NCBI GenBank assembly: GCA_017417315.1
Contig: JAFPZK010000027.1
Span: forward strand, 2,863 to 66,862
Direction: 5' to 3'
DNA: 64,000 bases
Source: Bacteroidales bacterium
GTDB lineage: Bacteria; Bacteroidota; Bacteroidia; Bacteroidales; UBA3824
A program made the translations under genes and the position numbers. Shown here in pieces: positions 1-9,153 of the stretch. Under the pieces are notes generated by a model. That model saw nothing but the letters and a program-made list of their open reading frames with translations. It was not told where the DNA came from and made no database searches. How positions within the stretch are numbered: position 1 is the stretch's first letter; every line of letters starts with the position of its first letter.

Positions 1-168
1 ACCTCGCCGATGCCGATGGTAACGTTGGTGAAGACTTTTGACATCACTCGCGTGGTGAAGACAGCCAAAAAACGCGGTGTGAAGTTCAACGCCCTAATGT
101 GTTGGTGCGTCAACCGTGCCGCGCTAAGGGTGGAGGAGTTTTATATTCTGCCCGAAAAAGGCTGTTAA
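1..168 (+). pseudogene. CAT-family (chloramphenicol acetyltransferase-like) gene fragment. The 5' end lies outside the window and it stops at 166-168 after only the N-terminal third.
   Basis: Frame-1 translation TSPMPMVTLVKTFDITRVVKTAKKRGVKFNALMCWCVNRAALRVEEFYILPEKGC* aligns by eye with CAT residues ~35-90 ([42 protein letters not shown]). The catalytic C-terminal two thirds are missing before the convergent gene at 262. Confidence 0.4.
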
Positions 169-261
169 AAAGCCGCCCTCAACACGTAGTCATTCAACGG
201 GTTAGCGTTCAAGTTCGGGACTACATACGGGCGGCGGAAGCAGACGATTTTAAAGGAACGG

Positions 262-597
262 TTACATATTTCCGCACTTTGAAGAATCGTGATTGTGATG
301 TTCAACTTTTTCTCCTTCCGAAACTTTGCGGACGGTGTAGTTAATTTTGCTAAACGCTTGAATGATAGCCTCTTCTGTTGTCTTATCAGCATCATACACA
401 ATCGTTACCGTTTGTGCGGAAATGTCGGTTTCGATGGATTTTATACCCTTTTCAAAACGAATGTTGTTCTTAATTTTATTCTCGCAACTCTCACAGTGCA
501 TTTGCGGAGTAGTTGTCAGAACTAAGGTTTTGATGTCCTTACCGAAACCCGTCAACGCCATAAACATTACGGCTAAAAACAATAATATTTTTCTCAT
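262..597 (-). CDS. Secreted heavy-metal-associated (HMA) domain protein
   Basis: Signal peptide MRKILLFLAVMFMALTGFG, MxCxxC metal-binding motif (QMHCESCENKI), ~70-aa HMA-like fold pattern. Confidence 0.85.
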   Translation of the reverse strand: MRKILLFLAVMFMALTGFGKDIKTLVLTTTPQMHCESCENKIKNNIRFEKGIKSIETDISAQTVTIVYDADKTTEEAIIQAFSKINYTVRKVSEGEKVEHHNHDSSKCGNM

Positions 598-627
598 GGT
601 AAAACAAATTATTTAATTAAACATTTT

Positions 628-2823
628 TTATTCTCTAAACAAATTAGCCCTAAATCCGAGGTAAAACATTGCACCGCTCACGGGAGCATAAATCAATGTC
701 GGTTCAAAATTTTCTGACCACGGATTCTTAGACGAAATTATAGGATTTTTCTGATGATAACCCGTAAGGTTTTCGCCGCCGAGGTATATCGAAAACTTTC
801 TGAACCATTTGGTAATCTGAACATTAAGTTGCGGATATGCCTCAAAATTCTCTCTTGAAACCAATACGCCGTTTTCATCATAATAATCAGGCAGACGACC
901 GCCGCCGTTTAATTGAAGATTAGCATCAAACTGCCAAATGCCGAGCGGCGTTTTGTAAGATGCGGTTATAAGTGCTTTGTATTTGTTAGTCAGCGGTTTT
1001 GACTGCAATCTTCCGCCCGAAACCGCTTGAACGTCATTTAGACGATAAGCCGCCGAAACCTCAAAACCTTTGAAAATATCATACGCCGCATCTACCTGAA
1101 ATGTATGCGAATACGATTTTTCTTCCGAGGATTTGATGACAATTTGTCGAGGCGAGGAATCAAAATCCGCCAAAGCCTGCGACAAAAAAGTAGTGTAATA
1201 ATATTCAGTATTGATTTTCAGCCGTTTGCCGCCGAGCGGAATTTTCCAAGACATAGTAGAACCCATATTCCACGCACTCTCTTGTGTCAAGTTTTCTATA
1301 ATTATATTCCGTCCTGACGACAAGAGAAAATGGTTTTCAGCCAATGCGTGCGGACTTCTGTAACCTTTTCCTGCCGAAATTCCGAGTGAAAAAATATCCG
1401 AAGGTTTTATTTTTAAATGAAATCTCGGCGTTACAAACGTGTTGTAAATGTTGCTGTTATCGGCTCTCAGTCCCGCCATAAAAATAATTTTGTCGTGATA
1501 ATTGAACGTGTATTGCGCATAAACTCCGCTGACCGTTTCTTTTTCGACAATATTTTCAAAATTGTAATCTTGATTCATTTTATCGGCGTTAACGCTAAAA
1601 CCTGCTGACAAATTATGCATAGGCGAAAAATCCGTTTCAAAAACCAACTGAGCGTAGAGATTTTTTTCATCATTGTCATAACTTTTAGCCCCGAACTCCG
1701 AATCTAAGTTGTGCATTGTCGCTGAGGTTATTAACGCGATGTTAGTACCGCACGACGGGTCAATCACAAAAGCATTTTTCATATACGCATTATAACGCCT
1801 CGTGTTCATCGAAATTCTATAAAGGTCAATATTTTCTACGGCGTTCAACTGTCCGCTTTCACGTTTTTCGTCTAAAACCGACAATCCGCCGTGAAAAATA
1901 TATTTACCTTTGTGATAATGCCAACGGTTATGAAAATTAACCTGACTAACATCAGGCTTATCATAAAAATTGTCGCCGTTTTCGTCCATATCGACGAAAG
2001 AATTTTCGTAATGTGCTAATATTTCAGTACTTAAATGCTCCGTAATATGTTTGTTGACATCGGCGTTAATCTCCGCTCTACCTTCTGAATTGCCGTAAAC
2101 ATTAAGTCCTATGCCCTCATCATCGTCGGGTTTAAGATATTCCACATCTATCTGCCCCGTAATGCTTTCGTAACCGTTTTTGACCGAAGAAGCACCTTTT
2201 GAAACCTGAATGCCTTTTAACCACGCACCCGGAACGTAACCGAGAGCGTATGGCGAAGCGGTAAGGCGGAAATCAGGAATATTTTCAGCCAACATCTGAA
2301 CATATAATCCGCTCAGTCCCAACAGTTTAATTTGTTTTGCGCCCGTTGCCGCGTCGGAATAACTAACGTCAACAGACGGATTTGTCATAAAACTTTCGCC
2401 GAGATTGCAGCACGCTGCTTTAAAAAGTTCCGCTTGATTGATTTTCAAGCCGTTTAAAGCACCGCCGACCTCTGATGTACCGTGCCGGCGTTCTGCGACA
2501 ACTACCTCACCGACATCACGAGAATTATCTTTTAAAACTACTTTTACCGGCTGATTCTCCGACTTTTTACTAATATCTACCGTGTCGGTTATAAACCCGA
2601 GATACGAGATTGCCAAAAGTTTTTTCCCTGAGATTTTTTCTATCACGAAATTACCGTTACCGTCAGTTATAACACCCTTAGAAGTGCCTAACCAATAGAC
2701 GTTGGCGCCTAAAAGTGCCTCACCGTTTTCGTCCGAAACCGTTCCCGAAACGGTATTCTGAGCCACTGCGCCAAATGAAGCGAACAGACACACTGCCGCC
2801 GTAAAAATATTTTTTATATTCAT
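628..2823 (-). CDS. TonB-dependent outer-membrane receptor with N-terminal CarboxypepD_reg-like domain
   Basis: 731 aa; signal peptide ending AVAQ; VSGTVSDENGEALLGANVYW module; plug region; long beta-barrel-like Gly/Tyr/Asn-rich C-terminal part. Confidence 0.9.
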   Translation of the reverse strand: MNIKNIFTAAVCLFASFGAVAQNTVSGTVSDENGEALLGANVYWLGTSKGVITDGNGNFVIEKISGKKLLAISYLGFITDTVDISKKSENQPVKVVLKDNSRDVGEVVVAERRHGTSEVGGALNGLKINQAELFKAACCNLGESFMTNPSVDVSYSDAATGAKQIKLLGLSGLYVQMLAENIPDFRLTASPYALGYVPGAWLKGIQVSKGASSVKNGYESITGQIDVEYLKPDDDEGIGLNVYGNSEGRAEINADVNKHITEHLSTEILAHYENSFVDMDENGDNFYDKPDVSQVNFHNRWHYHKGKYIFHGGLSVLDEKRESGQLNAVENIDLYRISMNTRRYNAYMKNAFVIDPSCGTNIALITSATMHNLDSEFGAKSYDNDEKNLYAQLVFETDFSPMHNLSAGFSVNADKMNQDYNFENIVEKETVSGVYAQYTFNYHDKIIFMAGLRADNSNIYNTFVTPRFHLKIKPSDIFSLGISAGKGYRSPHALAENHFLLSSGRNIIIENLTQESAWNMGSTMSWKIPLGGKRLKINTEYYYTTFLSQALADFDSSPRQIVIKSSEEKSYSHTFQVDAAYDIFKGFEVSAAYRLNDVQAVSGGRLQSKPLTNKYKALITASYKTPLGIWQFDANLQLNGGGRLPDYYDENGVLVSRENFEAYPQLNVQITKWFRKFSIYLGGENLTGYHQKNPIISSKNPWSENFEPTLIYAPVSGAMFYLGFRANLFRE

Positions 2824-2883
2824 AAATTATTGATTTTCTTTTAATTACACATAAAATTAATTACAGTATAAAAAAAAGAAAAA

Positions 2884-3258
2884 TCAAATTCTGAAAACTT
2901 CTATCAGCGATAAAAAGTTTTTAGGCGGCGGATTCAATCTGTTTTTTACGTGAAAATATTGACTGATAACTTTCGGTGTTTTAAAATTGAAAAACACAGC
3001 CGTCAAAACCGCAGTTACGGGTAAAGAAAAGGTAAATACTTGAAATTCAGGATTTTTATCAGGAGAAAATTTCACGAAATCAGTTTCCATACATCCGTGA
3101 GTCGGATTGCACGAAAAGTCATCATTTACCGTCATAAGAACGGACAAGACTTGAAAATCTCCTGAATGATTGCATTTTACAATATTAATGCCCGCCCCGA
3201 TGGTAAGCATAAACATCGAGAACATCACTGCAAATAATATGTTAGCAATCTTTTTCAT
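2884..3258 (-). CDS. Small membrane-anchored Cys/His-rich protein, HYC_CC_PP-like (function unknown)
   Basis: N-terminal TM; conserved-looking Cys/His (VKCNHSG, SCNPTHGC); second TM; C-terminal PPP..L..FRI. It heads the TBDR-HMA gene string. The family assignment is from memory only. Confidence 0.55.
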   Translation of the reverse strand: MKKIANILFAVMFSMFMLTIGAGINIVKCNHSGDFQVLSVLMTVNDDFSCNPTHGCMETDFVKFSPDKNPEFQVFTFSLPVTAVLTAVFFNFKTPKVISQYFHVKNRLNPPPKNFLSLIEVFRI

Positions 3259-3294
3259 GCCGCAAAAATAATGAAAATATTAGAAATAAAAAAA

Positions 3295-3326
3295 TGAAGA
3301 CTCATACAAACACGATTGAATCTTCA
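3295..3326 (-). terminator. Weak hairpin with flanking T/A runs downstream of rnc
   Basis: tgaaga(3295-3300)/tcttca(3321-3326) plus an inner tca/tga pairing. There is an A-run on + just before and a T-run just after, so a U-run follows in either orientation. Confidence 0.35.
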
Positions 3327-3342
3327 CTTTTTTTTTAAAATC

Positions 3343-4074
3343 TTATTCGCTTTTTATTACGCCGAGTTTTCTCAGACATACATGAGCGGCTTTTTGCTCT
3401 GCCTCTTTTTTGGAATTACCAATCCCTGAGGACATTTCGGTATTTCCGACTTTCAAAATTGACACAAAATATTTACTGCCCGGAGCATCAATATCGGTTT
3501 CAAAAACAACCGATTTTTTATGTTTTTGCCCCCATTCTATCATTTGTGATTTATAGTTGTAATTATGATGTTCCAATTCAACTATATTTAAATATTTGGG
3601 CATTATTCTATCAATGATGTATTTTCCCGCCTTTTTGAATCCGCGATCCAAATAAACCGCCCCCAAAAAAGCCTCAAACGCATCACCGTAAAGATGAACG
3701 CCGTGAAGTCCGTTCTTAACATTCGTTCTGACTAATTTGTCCAAACCGATATGTTTAGTGAGTTCCGTAAGGTTTTCACCGTTAACAATCCTCGAACGGC
3801 ACTGCGTTAAAAAACCCTCCTGTTCCTCAGGAAATTTCTTGTACAAGTATTCTCCTATCAGCAAATCCAAAACCGAATCGCCGAGAAATTCAAGCCGCTC
3901 GTTGTTTATATAAAAACCGTCTTGCTTGCGCAGAGACCTCGAACGGTGAATCAAAGCCGTCTTGTAATATTCAAGCCGATTTGGGAAAAAACCCGTAATC
4001 CGCCTTATTTCTAAGATAAATTTCTTGTCGGAACGGAATAAAAATTTCAAAAATGATAATAAATCAGTAAACAC
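3343..4074 (-). CDS. rnc: Ribonuclease III
   Basis: RNase III signature ERLEFLGDSVLD; C-terminal dsRBD-like GNSKKEAEQKAA. Confidence 0.95.
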   Translation of the reverse strand: MFTDLLSFLKFLFRSDKKFILEIRRITGFFPNRLEYYKTALIHRSRSLRKQDGFYINNERLEFLGDSVLDLLIGEYLYKKFPEEQEGFLTQCRSRIVNGENLTELTKHIGLDKLVRTNVKNGLHGVHLYGDAFEAFLGAVYLDRGFKKAGKYIIDRIMPKYLNIVELEHHNYNYKSQMIEWGQKHKKSVVFETDIDAPGSKYFVSILKVGNTEMSSGIGNSKKEAEQKAAHVCLRKLGVIKSE

Positions 4075-4105
4075 TGTTTGTTTTCATTTTTTTTTTTGAA
4101 AAAGG

Positions 4106-5353
4106 CTACATTTTTTTGAAAACAACCGATGCGTTATGACCGCCGAAACCAAAAGTATTGTTCAGGGCAGCATTAATCGTTTTCGCTTTTGCCTTATTCG
4201 GTGTAATATCAAGTCTCGGGTCGATGTCCGGATCCGGAGTTTGGAAATTGATTGTCGGCGGAACAGTATTGTTTTGCATTGCAAGTACGCAAGCAATAGA
4301 CTCTATTGCACCGGCACCTCCTAACAAATGACCCGTCATACTCTTTGTACTTGAAATACTCAAATCGTATGCGTGTTCTTTGAAAACCTCTTTTATTGCT
4401 ATCGCCTCCGCTTTGTCCCCAAGACCGGTAGAAGTTCCGTGAACATTGATGTAGTCAATATCCTCAGGTTTCAAGCCGGCATCTTCGATTGCCATATTCA
4501 TAACTTGAATAGCACCTTTTCCTTCGGGGTGAGGAGCCGTAATATGGTGAGCGTCAGCAGATGCACCGCCGCCGCCTACTTCGCAAAGGATTTTCGCACC
4601 TCTTGCTTTGGCGTGTTCGTATTCTTCCAAAACCAAACAACCCGCACCTTCACCGATTACAAAACCGTCTCTGTCCTTATCAAAAGGTCTTGAAGCAGTT
4701 TTCGGGTCGTCGTTACGTGTTGAAAGGGCTTTCATCGAATTAAAACCGGCAAGAGCAGCAATTCCGATAGGAGATTCAGAACCTCCCGTAACAATAACGT
4801 CTGCTTTACCAAGCCTTATCCAATTAAAAGCATCGATAATCGCGTGTGCAGAAGAAGCACATGCCGATACCGTGGCATAATTAGGACCTCTGAAATCATA
4901 CTTCATCGAAATATAACCTGCGGCTATGTCGCTAATCATTTTCGGGATAAAAAACGGCGAAAACTTAGGCGTACCGTCGCCTTGCGCAAAATCCATAACC
5001 TCGGCGGTCATAACGTTGATGCCTCCGATTCCCGATCCCCAAATTACACCGGCACGTTCATGCTTGAAGTCAGTGGCTAAAAGTCCCGAATTTTCAAGAC
5101 CTTCCGCCGTGGCAATAAGAGCAAATTGCGTAAACAAATCCATTTTCGCAACTGCCTTTCTGTCAAAATACTTTGACGGATCATAATCCTTAACTTCGCA
5201 AGCAAACCGTGTTTTGAATTTTTCGGGATTAAAACGGGTAATTGGACCTGCACCGCTTACCCCGGTTTTTAAGCTATCCCAAAACTCGGTTATATTGTGG
5301 CCAATCGGAGTTATGGCTCCGATGCCGGTTACAACTACTCGTTTTAATTCCAT
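4106..5353 (-). CDS. fabF: Beta-ketoacyl-ACP synthase II
   Basis: Active-site Cys in SACASSAHA; HGTSTGLGD; GHLLGGAG; directly downstream of acpP. Confidence 0.95.
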   Translation of the reverse strand: MELKRVVVTGIGAITPIGHNITEFWDSLKTGVSGAGPITRFNPEKFKTRFACEVKDYDPSKYFDRKAVAKMDLFTQFALIATAEGLENSGLLATDFKHERAGVIWGSGIGGINVMTAEVMDFAQGDGTPKFSPFFIPKMISDIAAGYISMKYDFRGPNYATVSACASSAHAIIDAFNWIRLGKADVIVTGGSESPIGIAALAGFNSMKALSTRNDDPKTASRPFDKDRDGFVIGEGAGCLVLEEYEHAKARGAKILCEVGGGGASADAHHITAPHPEGKGAIQVMNMAIEDAGLKPEDIDYINVHGTSTGLGDKAEAIAIKEVFKEHAYDLSISSTKSMTGHLLGGAGAIESIACVLAMQNNTVPPTINFQTPDPDIDPRLDITPNKAKAKTINAALNNTFGFGGHNASVVFKKM

Positions 5354-5380
5354 AAAATTTTCTCTTTTTTTTAAAAATTA

Positions 5381-5617
5381 TTACTTGGTGTTGTTTTCAA
5401 CGTATGCAATAGCATCACCAACCGTGATGATTTTTTCAGCCTGATCATCGGGAATATCAATTGAAAATTCCTTCTCAAACTGCATAATCAACTCTACGGT
5501 ATCAAGAGAATCTGCTCCCAAGTCATTGGTAAAACTTGCTTCGTTGGTTACTTCTGACTCGTCAACACCTAATTTGTCTACGATAATTGCTTTTACGCGT
5601 GATGAAATGTCTGACAT
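5381..5617 (-). CDS. acpP: Acyl carrier protein
   Basis: 78 aa; [12 protein letters not shown] phosphopantetheine-Ser motif. Confidence 0.95.
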   Translation of the reverse strand: MSDISSRVKAIIVDKLGVDESEVTNEASFTNDLGADSLDTVELIMQFEKEFSIDIPDDQAEKIITVGDAIAYVENNTK

Positions 5618-5714
5618 AATTAATTTAAAATTTTTAGTTTATTAATATGTTTTCTGTTTTTAAATTTTCGGGTGCAAAATAAACAATTTTCAAGCGAAAA
5701 AAAAAATTTTTTTA

Positions 5715-5722
5715 TAAGTTTG
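5715..5722 (+). promoter_or_regulatory. Candidate Bacteroidota -7 box (TAAGTTTG) upstream of the M1 peptidase
   Basis: Matches TAnnTTTG, 63 nt upstream of the ATG at 5785. Confidence 0.3.
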
Positions 5723-5784
5723 CAGCGTGAATTTTTATTTCTTAACATTTAGGTAATTTTAACGGCGTTTTTAACACTAAAAAA

Positions 5785-7416
5785 ATGTTAAAACTTTTTT
5801 TGACATATCTTTTTTTTGTGCTTTTTATGTCCCAAGCCTCGGCTTTTGACATGAAATTTTTGCGCTTATACTTAAACATTGACCCCGCCGTCAGATATAT
5901 AAAAGGCTCGGCAACCGAAATTTTCACAACCGACAATTCATCTTTACCGCTCAAAATCGACTTGTCAGACTCCCTAAAAGTTAATTTTGTTCTCCACGGA
6001 GAAGACACCGTCGCTTTTTACCGCTCTGAAAACCGATTAATAATTCTCCCCGACAAAAAATGGTCCAAGACCGACAGCATAACCATCAACTATGAAGGCA
6101 TTCCACAAAATACGGGATTAGGTTCGGTATGTTTTTCCTCGCATAACGGAATCCCTGTTTTTTGGACACTCAGCGAACCTTTCGGCGCAAAAGACTGGTT
6201 TCCGTGCATTCAGGACATTTCCGACAAAATAGACTCGTCATTTATTATAATAAAGTGTCCGAAAAAATACCGCGCCGTTTCTAACGGTAATCTTTTCTGC
6301 GAAACCATTCAAGGCAAAAACCGCATTACTGAATGGCGGCACAAATATCCTTGCGCTTATTATCTTTTGGCTGTTGCCGTAACGCAATACAAAGAATATT
6401 CCGACTATGCGGTAATCGGTAAGGATACCGTCAAAATCATAAATTATGTCTATCCTGACCGTTACGAACAAGCAAAAAAGAAAACGTGGAGGCTTGCCTC
6501 CACATTCAAAATGCTGTGCGATTCTTTCGGGGAATATCCTTTTATAAAAGAAAAATACTCTCACGCACAATTCAATTGGTCGGGCGGAATGGAACATCAA
6601 ACGGTGAGTTTTATTGCCGATTTTGACCTTGATTTGATGATTCATGAATTGGCACATCAATGGTTCGGCAATATGATAACGGGAAAAAGTTGGCGGGACG
6701 TTTTTCTGCACGAAGGTTTTGCGACGTATTGCGAATGTTTAGCGGCAGAAAAAGGACTTTCTAATTGTTCTGACGACTCTCAATGGCGCAGAGCAACAAT
6801 TTTAAAAGCCTGTCAACTAAAAAAATCGTCTCTTAACATCTTAGATACTCTCGACATACACAAACTTTTCGACAGCCGCAATTCTTATTCAAAAGGAGCA
6901 ATGATTCTTCATCAGTTAAGGAAAGAATTAGGCGATGTAATTTTTTTCAACTGCATACGGGAATATCTGAAAGACTCTAAATTACGCTATCAAAACGCCG
7001 AAGTGGAAGATTTTATAAATATTGTCAGAACGGTTTCGGGGCGCAATCTTGACTGGTTTTTTGCTCAATGGTTTTACGGTTCGGGGTATCCCGTTTACGA
7101 AATAAAATGGCAGCAGGAAAGCGAAACCGTTTTGAATATCCGCATTTCGCAGCAGACAACCGATAGTCTGACACCTTTTTTCCGCTCAAAAATTCCGCTG
7201 ATGGTCTGCGGCGAAAACGGTGAAAAAGTCTTTTACCGTCTCAACAATCATCTGCCGGAGCAGGATTTCAACATTCCGCTCAACTTTTACGTCAGCACGA
7301 TAATCTTTGACCCCTACAACGACGTATTAACAAAAGACCCGATTGTCAAAAAAACGCAATTCATTGTCAATAAAAAGGTTAAAAAAAAGAAGAAACGACA
7401 GACTCAAACCAGTTGA
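5785..7416 (+). CDS. M1-family zinc metallopeptidase (aminopeptidase N-like), secreted
   Basis: GGMEHQT exopeptidase-like motif; HELAHQWFGN...E zinc motif; signal peptide. Confidence 0.9.
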   Translation: MLKLFLTYLFFVLFMSQASAFDMKFLRLYLNIDPAVRYIKGSATEIFTTDNSSLPLKIDLSDSLKVNFVLHGEDTVAFYRSENRLIILPDKKWSKTDSITINYEGIPQNTGLGSVCFSSHNGIPVFWTLSEPFGAKDWFPCIQDISDKIDSSFIIIKCPKKYRAVSNGNLFCETIQGKNRITEWRHKYPCAYYLLAVAVTQYKEYSDYAVIGKDTVKIINYVYPDRYEQAKKKTWRLASTFKMLCDSFGEYPFIKEKYSHAQFNWSGGMEHQTVSFIADFDLDLMIHELAHQWFGNMITGKSWRDVFLHEGFATYCECLAAEKGLSNCSDDSQWRRATILKACQLKKSSLNILDTLDIHKLFDSRNSYSKGAMILHQLRKELGDVIFFNCIREYLKDSKLRYQNAEVEDFINIVRTVSGRNLDWFFAQWFYGSGYPVYEIKWQQESETVLNIRISQQTTDSLTPFFRSKIPLMVCGENGEKVFYRLNNHLPEQDFNIPLNFYVSTIIFDPYNDVLTKDPIVKKTQFIVNKKVKKKKKRQTQTS

Positions 7417-8188
7417 AAAAATCTTCATACCAAAAAGCGGCTTTTTTGTCCGCACCTTTTATCAGTTTCGGGTTAACGCCGAAGCCGTGTCCGCCGTGTT
7501 CATAAAGCGTGAATTTAAAATTCTGATTGTTTGCTTTCAGAGAATCGGCAAGCATAACGGAGTTCTGATATTTTACAATCGGGTCGTCTTTGCAGGCGAT
7601 GAGAAAAACAGGCGGCAGGGGCTTTTTAACGTTTAGTTCTAACGACATTGAATCTTTTTGCGCTTGGGTGTAATATTGTCCTAAAAGGTTGCGGCGTGAT
7701 TTTTTGTGAACGTAAGTATCTTGCATTGTTACAACGGGATATATCATTATATTAAAGTCAGACTTTAAGTAAATGGCAGAAATCCCCGAAAGATGTCCGC
7801 CCGCCGAAAAACCGCAAACGCCAATTTTTTCAAACTCATAATTTTCCCTGACGTATTCCAACGCTTTTTCTAAATCCTGCATTTGCGAAGGATAACGGTT
7901 GCCTTTTATGCCGCGCCTATAAAGCAGGACAAAAGTATTAAATCCGTGATTCTTAAAAACTTGTGCTGGATAAAAACCTTCGTTTTCTTTTGCCAAATAA
8001 CAGTAACTGCCGCCCGGACAAAAAATCACGGCGCATTTGTTATTATTCTGATTTTCAGCGGGGAAACAAAAAAGTTCAACTTTTTTTTTGCGATAATCGT
8101 CGGGGTTTTCGCCCCAAAGTTTTACGCGAGTCTGCGCCTTTGATTCCGCAAACAGAACTACGAACAACAAAAACAAAATTTTCTTCAT
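7379..8188 (-). CDS. Secreted alpha/beta-hydrolase (esterase/lipase-like)
   Basis: Signal peptide; GFSAGGH nucleophile elbow; HGGHGF near the C-terminus. Starts 4 nt after the EamA-like gene. Confidence 0.8.
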   Translation of the reverse strand: MKKILFLLFVVLFAESKAQTRVKLWGENPDDYRKKKVELFCFPAENQNNNKCAVIFCPGGSYCYLAKENEGFYPAQVFKNHGFNTFVLLYRRGIKGNRYPSQMQDLEKALEYVRENYEFEKIGVCGFSAGGHLSGISAIYLKSDFNIMIYPVVTMQDTYVHKKSRRNLLGQYYTQAQKDSMSLELNVKKPLPPVFLIACKDDPIVKYQNSVMLADSLKANNQNFKFTLYEHGGHGFGVNPKLIKGADKKAAFWYEDFFNWFESVVSSFF

Positions 8189-8192
8189 TCTT

Positions 8193-8546
8193 TTATTTTA
8201 ACAAAAAAAACGTTCCCAAAACAATCAATGCCAAACCAATCCAACGTGTCAGCGGTATTGCCTCGCCGAAAATCCACATTGCTGCCAAAACTCCGAAAAC
8301 GTAACTGAAACTTGTCAACGGATAGGCTGCGGAAAATTCAAAATGCCTTAAAATATAAAACCAAATCAGCATTGCCGCCGTCATACAAAGTCCGCTGTAC
8401 AACAAATGCCAGTTTGTCAAATACGATTTTATGATTTCCCATTCAAAGCGGAATTTTTCAGCCTTCGACATTGCGATTTTCAAGAAAACCTGTCCGAGGG
8501 CCAAACATGCACATTGCAAAAGCGATAACAACAAAAGTTTCAACAT
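8193..8546 (-). CDS. Small 4-TM EamA/SMR-like (ArnE/F-like) membrane protein
   Basis: 117 aa with four hydrophobic helices; overlaps the upstream ORF by 7 nt. Confidence 0.7.
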   Translation of the reverse strand: MLKLLLLSLLQCACLALGQVFLKIAMSKAEKFRFEWEIIKSYLTNWHLLYSGLCMTAAMLIWFYILRHFEFSAAYPLTSFSYVFGVLAAMWIFGEAIPLTRWIGLALIVLGTFFLLK

Positions 8547-9151
8547 TGTTTATATATTTTTTCTACGGTTTCTTCATTAAAATTTTCTAAACCGGAGTCT
8601 TTGCCTAAGAAAAACATCACGGCTTTCAAATCCTCGTTTTTATTCATTTCTGACCAGCCCGCCAAAACATAATCTTGAAATTCAAGACTGTCGTTAACGA
8701 GATTTACAAACTCCTCCGGCGAAAATTTTTCAAAAACATAAAACGAACTTTCGCCCCTAAAACCGTGTCTTATGCAGACCTCGCCGGTTACGATATTCGG
8801 CAGCGTATACACGAAAATAGACGGCGACGGATAGTAATTCTCTATGTCGCAAATCGTCTTCTCAAAGTTTTTGTCTGTTTCGCTTGACGAAAAGTTATTC
8901 ATCATTATCACGCCGAAATTTTCCCTTTCGTCAGGAAAATCTTTTTCCAACAATTCTGCACACAAAAATCCCGCTTTTGAGGCAGAATCCATCTTAAAAA
9001 ACTTCGGATAATTAAAGTTTTGCTTTCGATAAACGGCTGTAAAAAAATTATTTTCAAGTGTTTCGTTATCTGACAAGAATTGCTTTTCTTCATTTATTCC
9101 GTATGAAGAATCACTGTAATTTACGAATGAATAACTCTTTATAAATGCCAT
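8540..9151 (-). CDS. Ketosynthase-N-terminal-like protein lacking the catalytic Cys (CLF-like partner)
   Basis: 203 aa; PSPSIFVYTLPNIVTGEV resembles the KS N-terminal fold; no C/H/H triad; immediately follows a complete KS. Confidence 0.6.
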   Translation of the reverse strand: MAFIKSYSFVNYSDSSYGINEEKQFLSDNETLENNFFTAVYRKQNFNYPKFFKMDSASKAGFLCAELLEKDFPDERENFGVIMMNNFSSSETDKNFEKTICDIENYYPSPSIFVYTLPNIVTGEVCIRHGFRGESSFYVFEKFSPEEFVNLVNDSLEFQDYVLAGWSEMNKNEDLKAVMFFLGKDSGLENFNEETVEKIYKQC

Positions 9152-9153
9152 TT

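Noticed and set aside
99-401. ORFs 99-344 (+) and 165-401 (-) at the left edge.
   Set aside because: They overlap the CAT-like fragment and the well-supported HMA gene. They have no motifs, and the region is better explained by those two features.
5742-6008. 88-aa minus-strand ORF across the M1 peptidase start region.
   Set aside because: It overlaps the signal-peptide-encoding 5' end of a well-supported gene and has no recognisable features.
7379-7416. 38-nt convergent overlap between the M1 peptidase and alpha/beta-hydrolase 3' ends, as a possible antisense regulatory arrangement.
   Set aside because: The Lys-rich peptidase tail (KKVKKKKKRQTQTS) looks like incidental read-through into an A-rich stretch. 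There is no structure or conservation evidence available.
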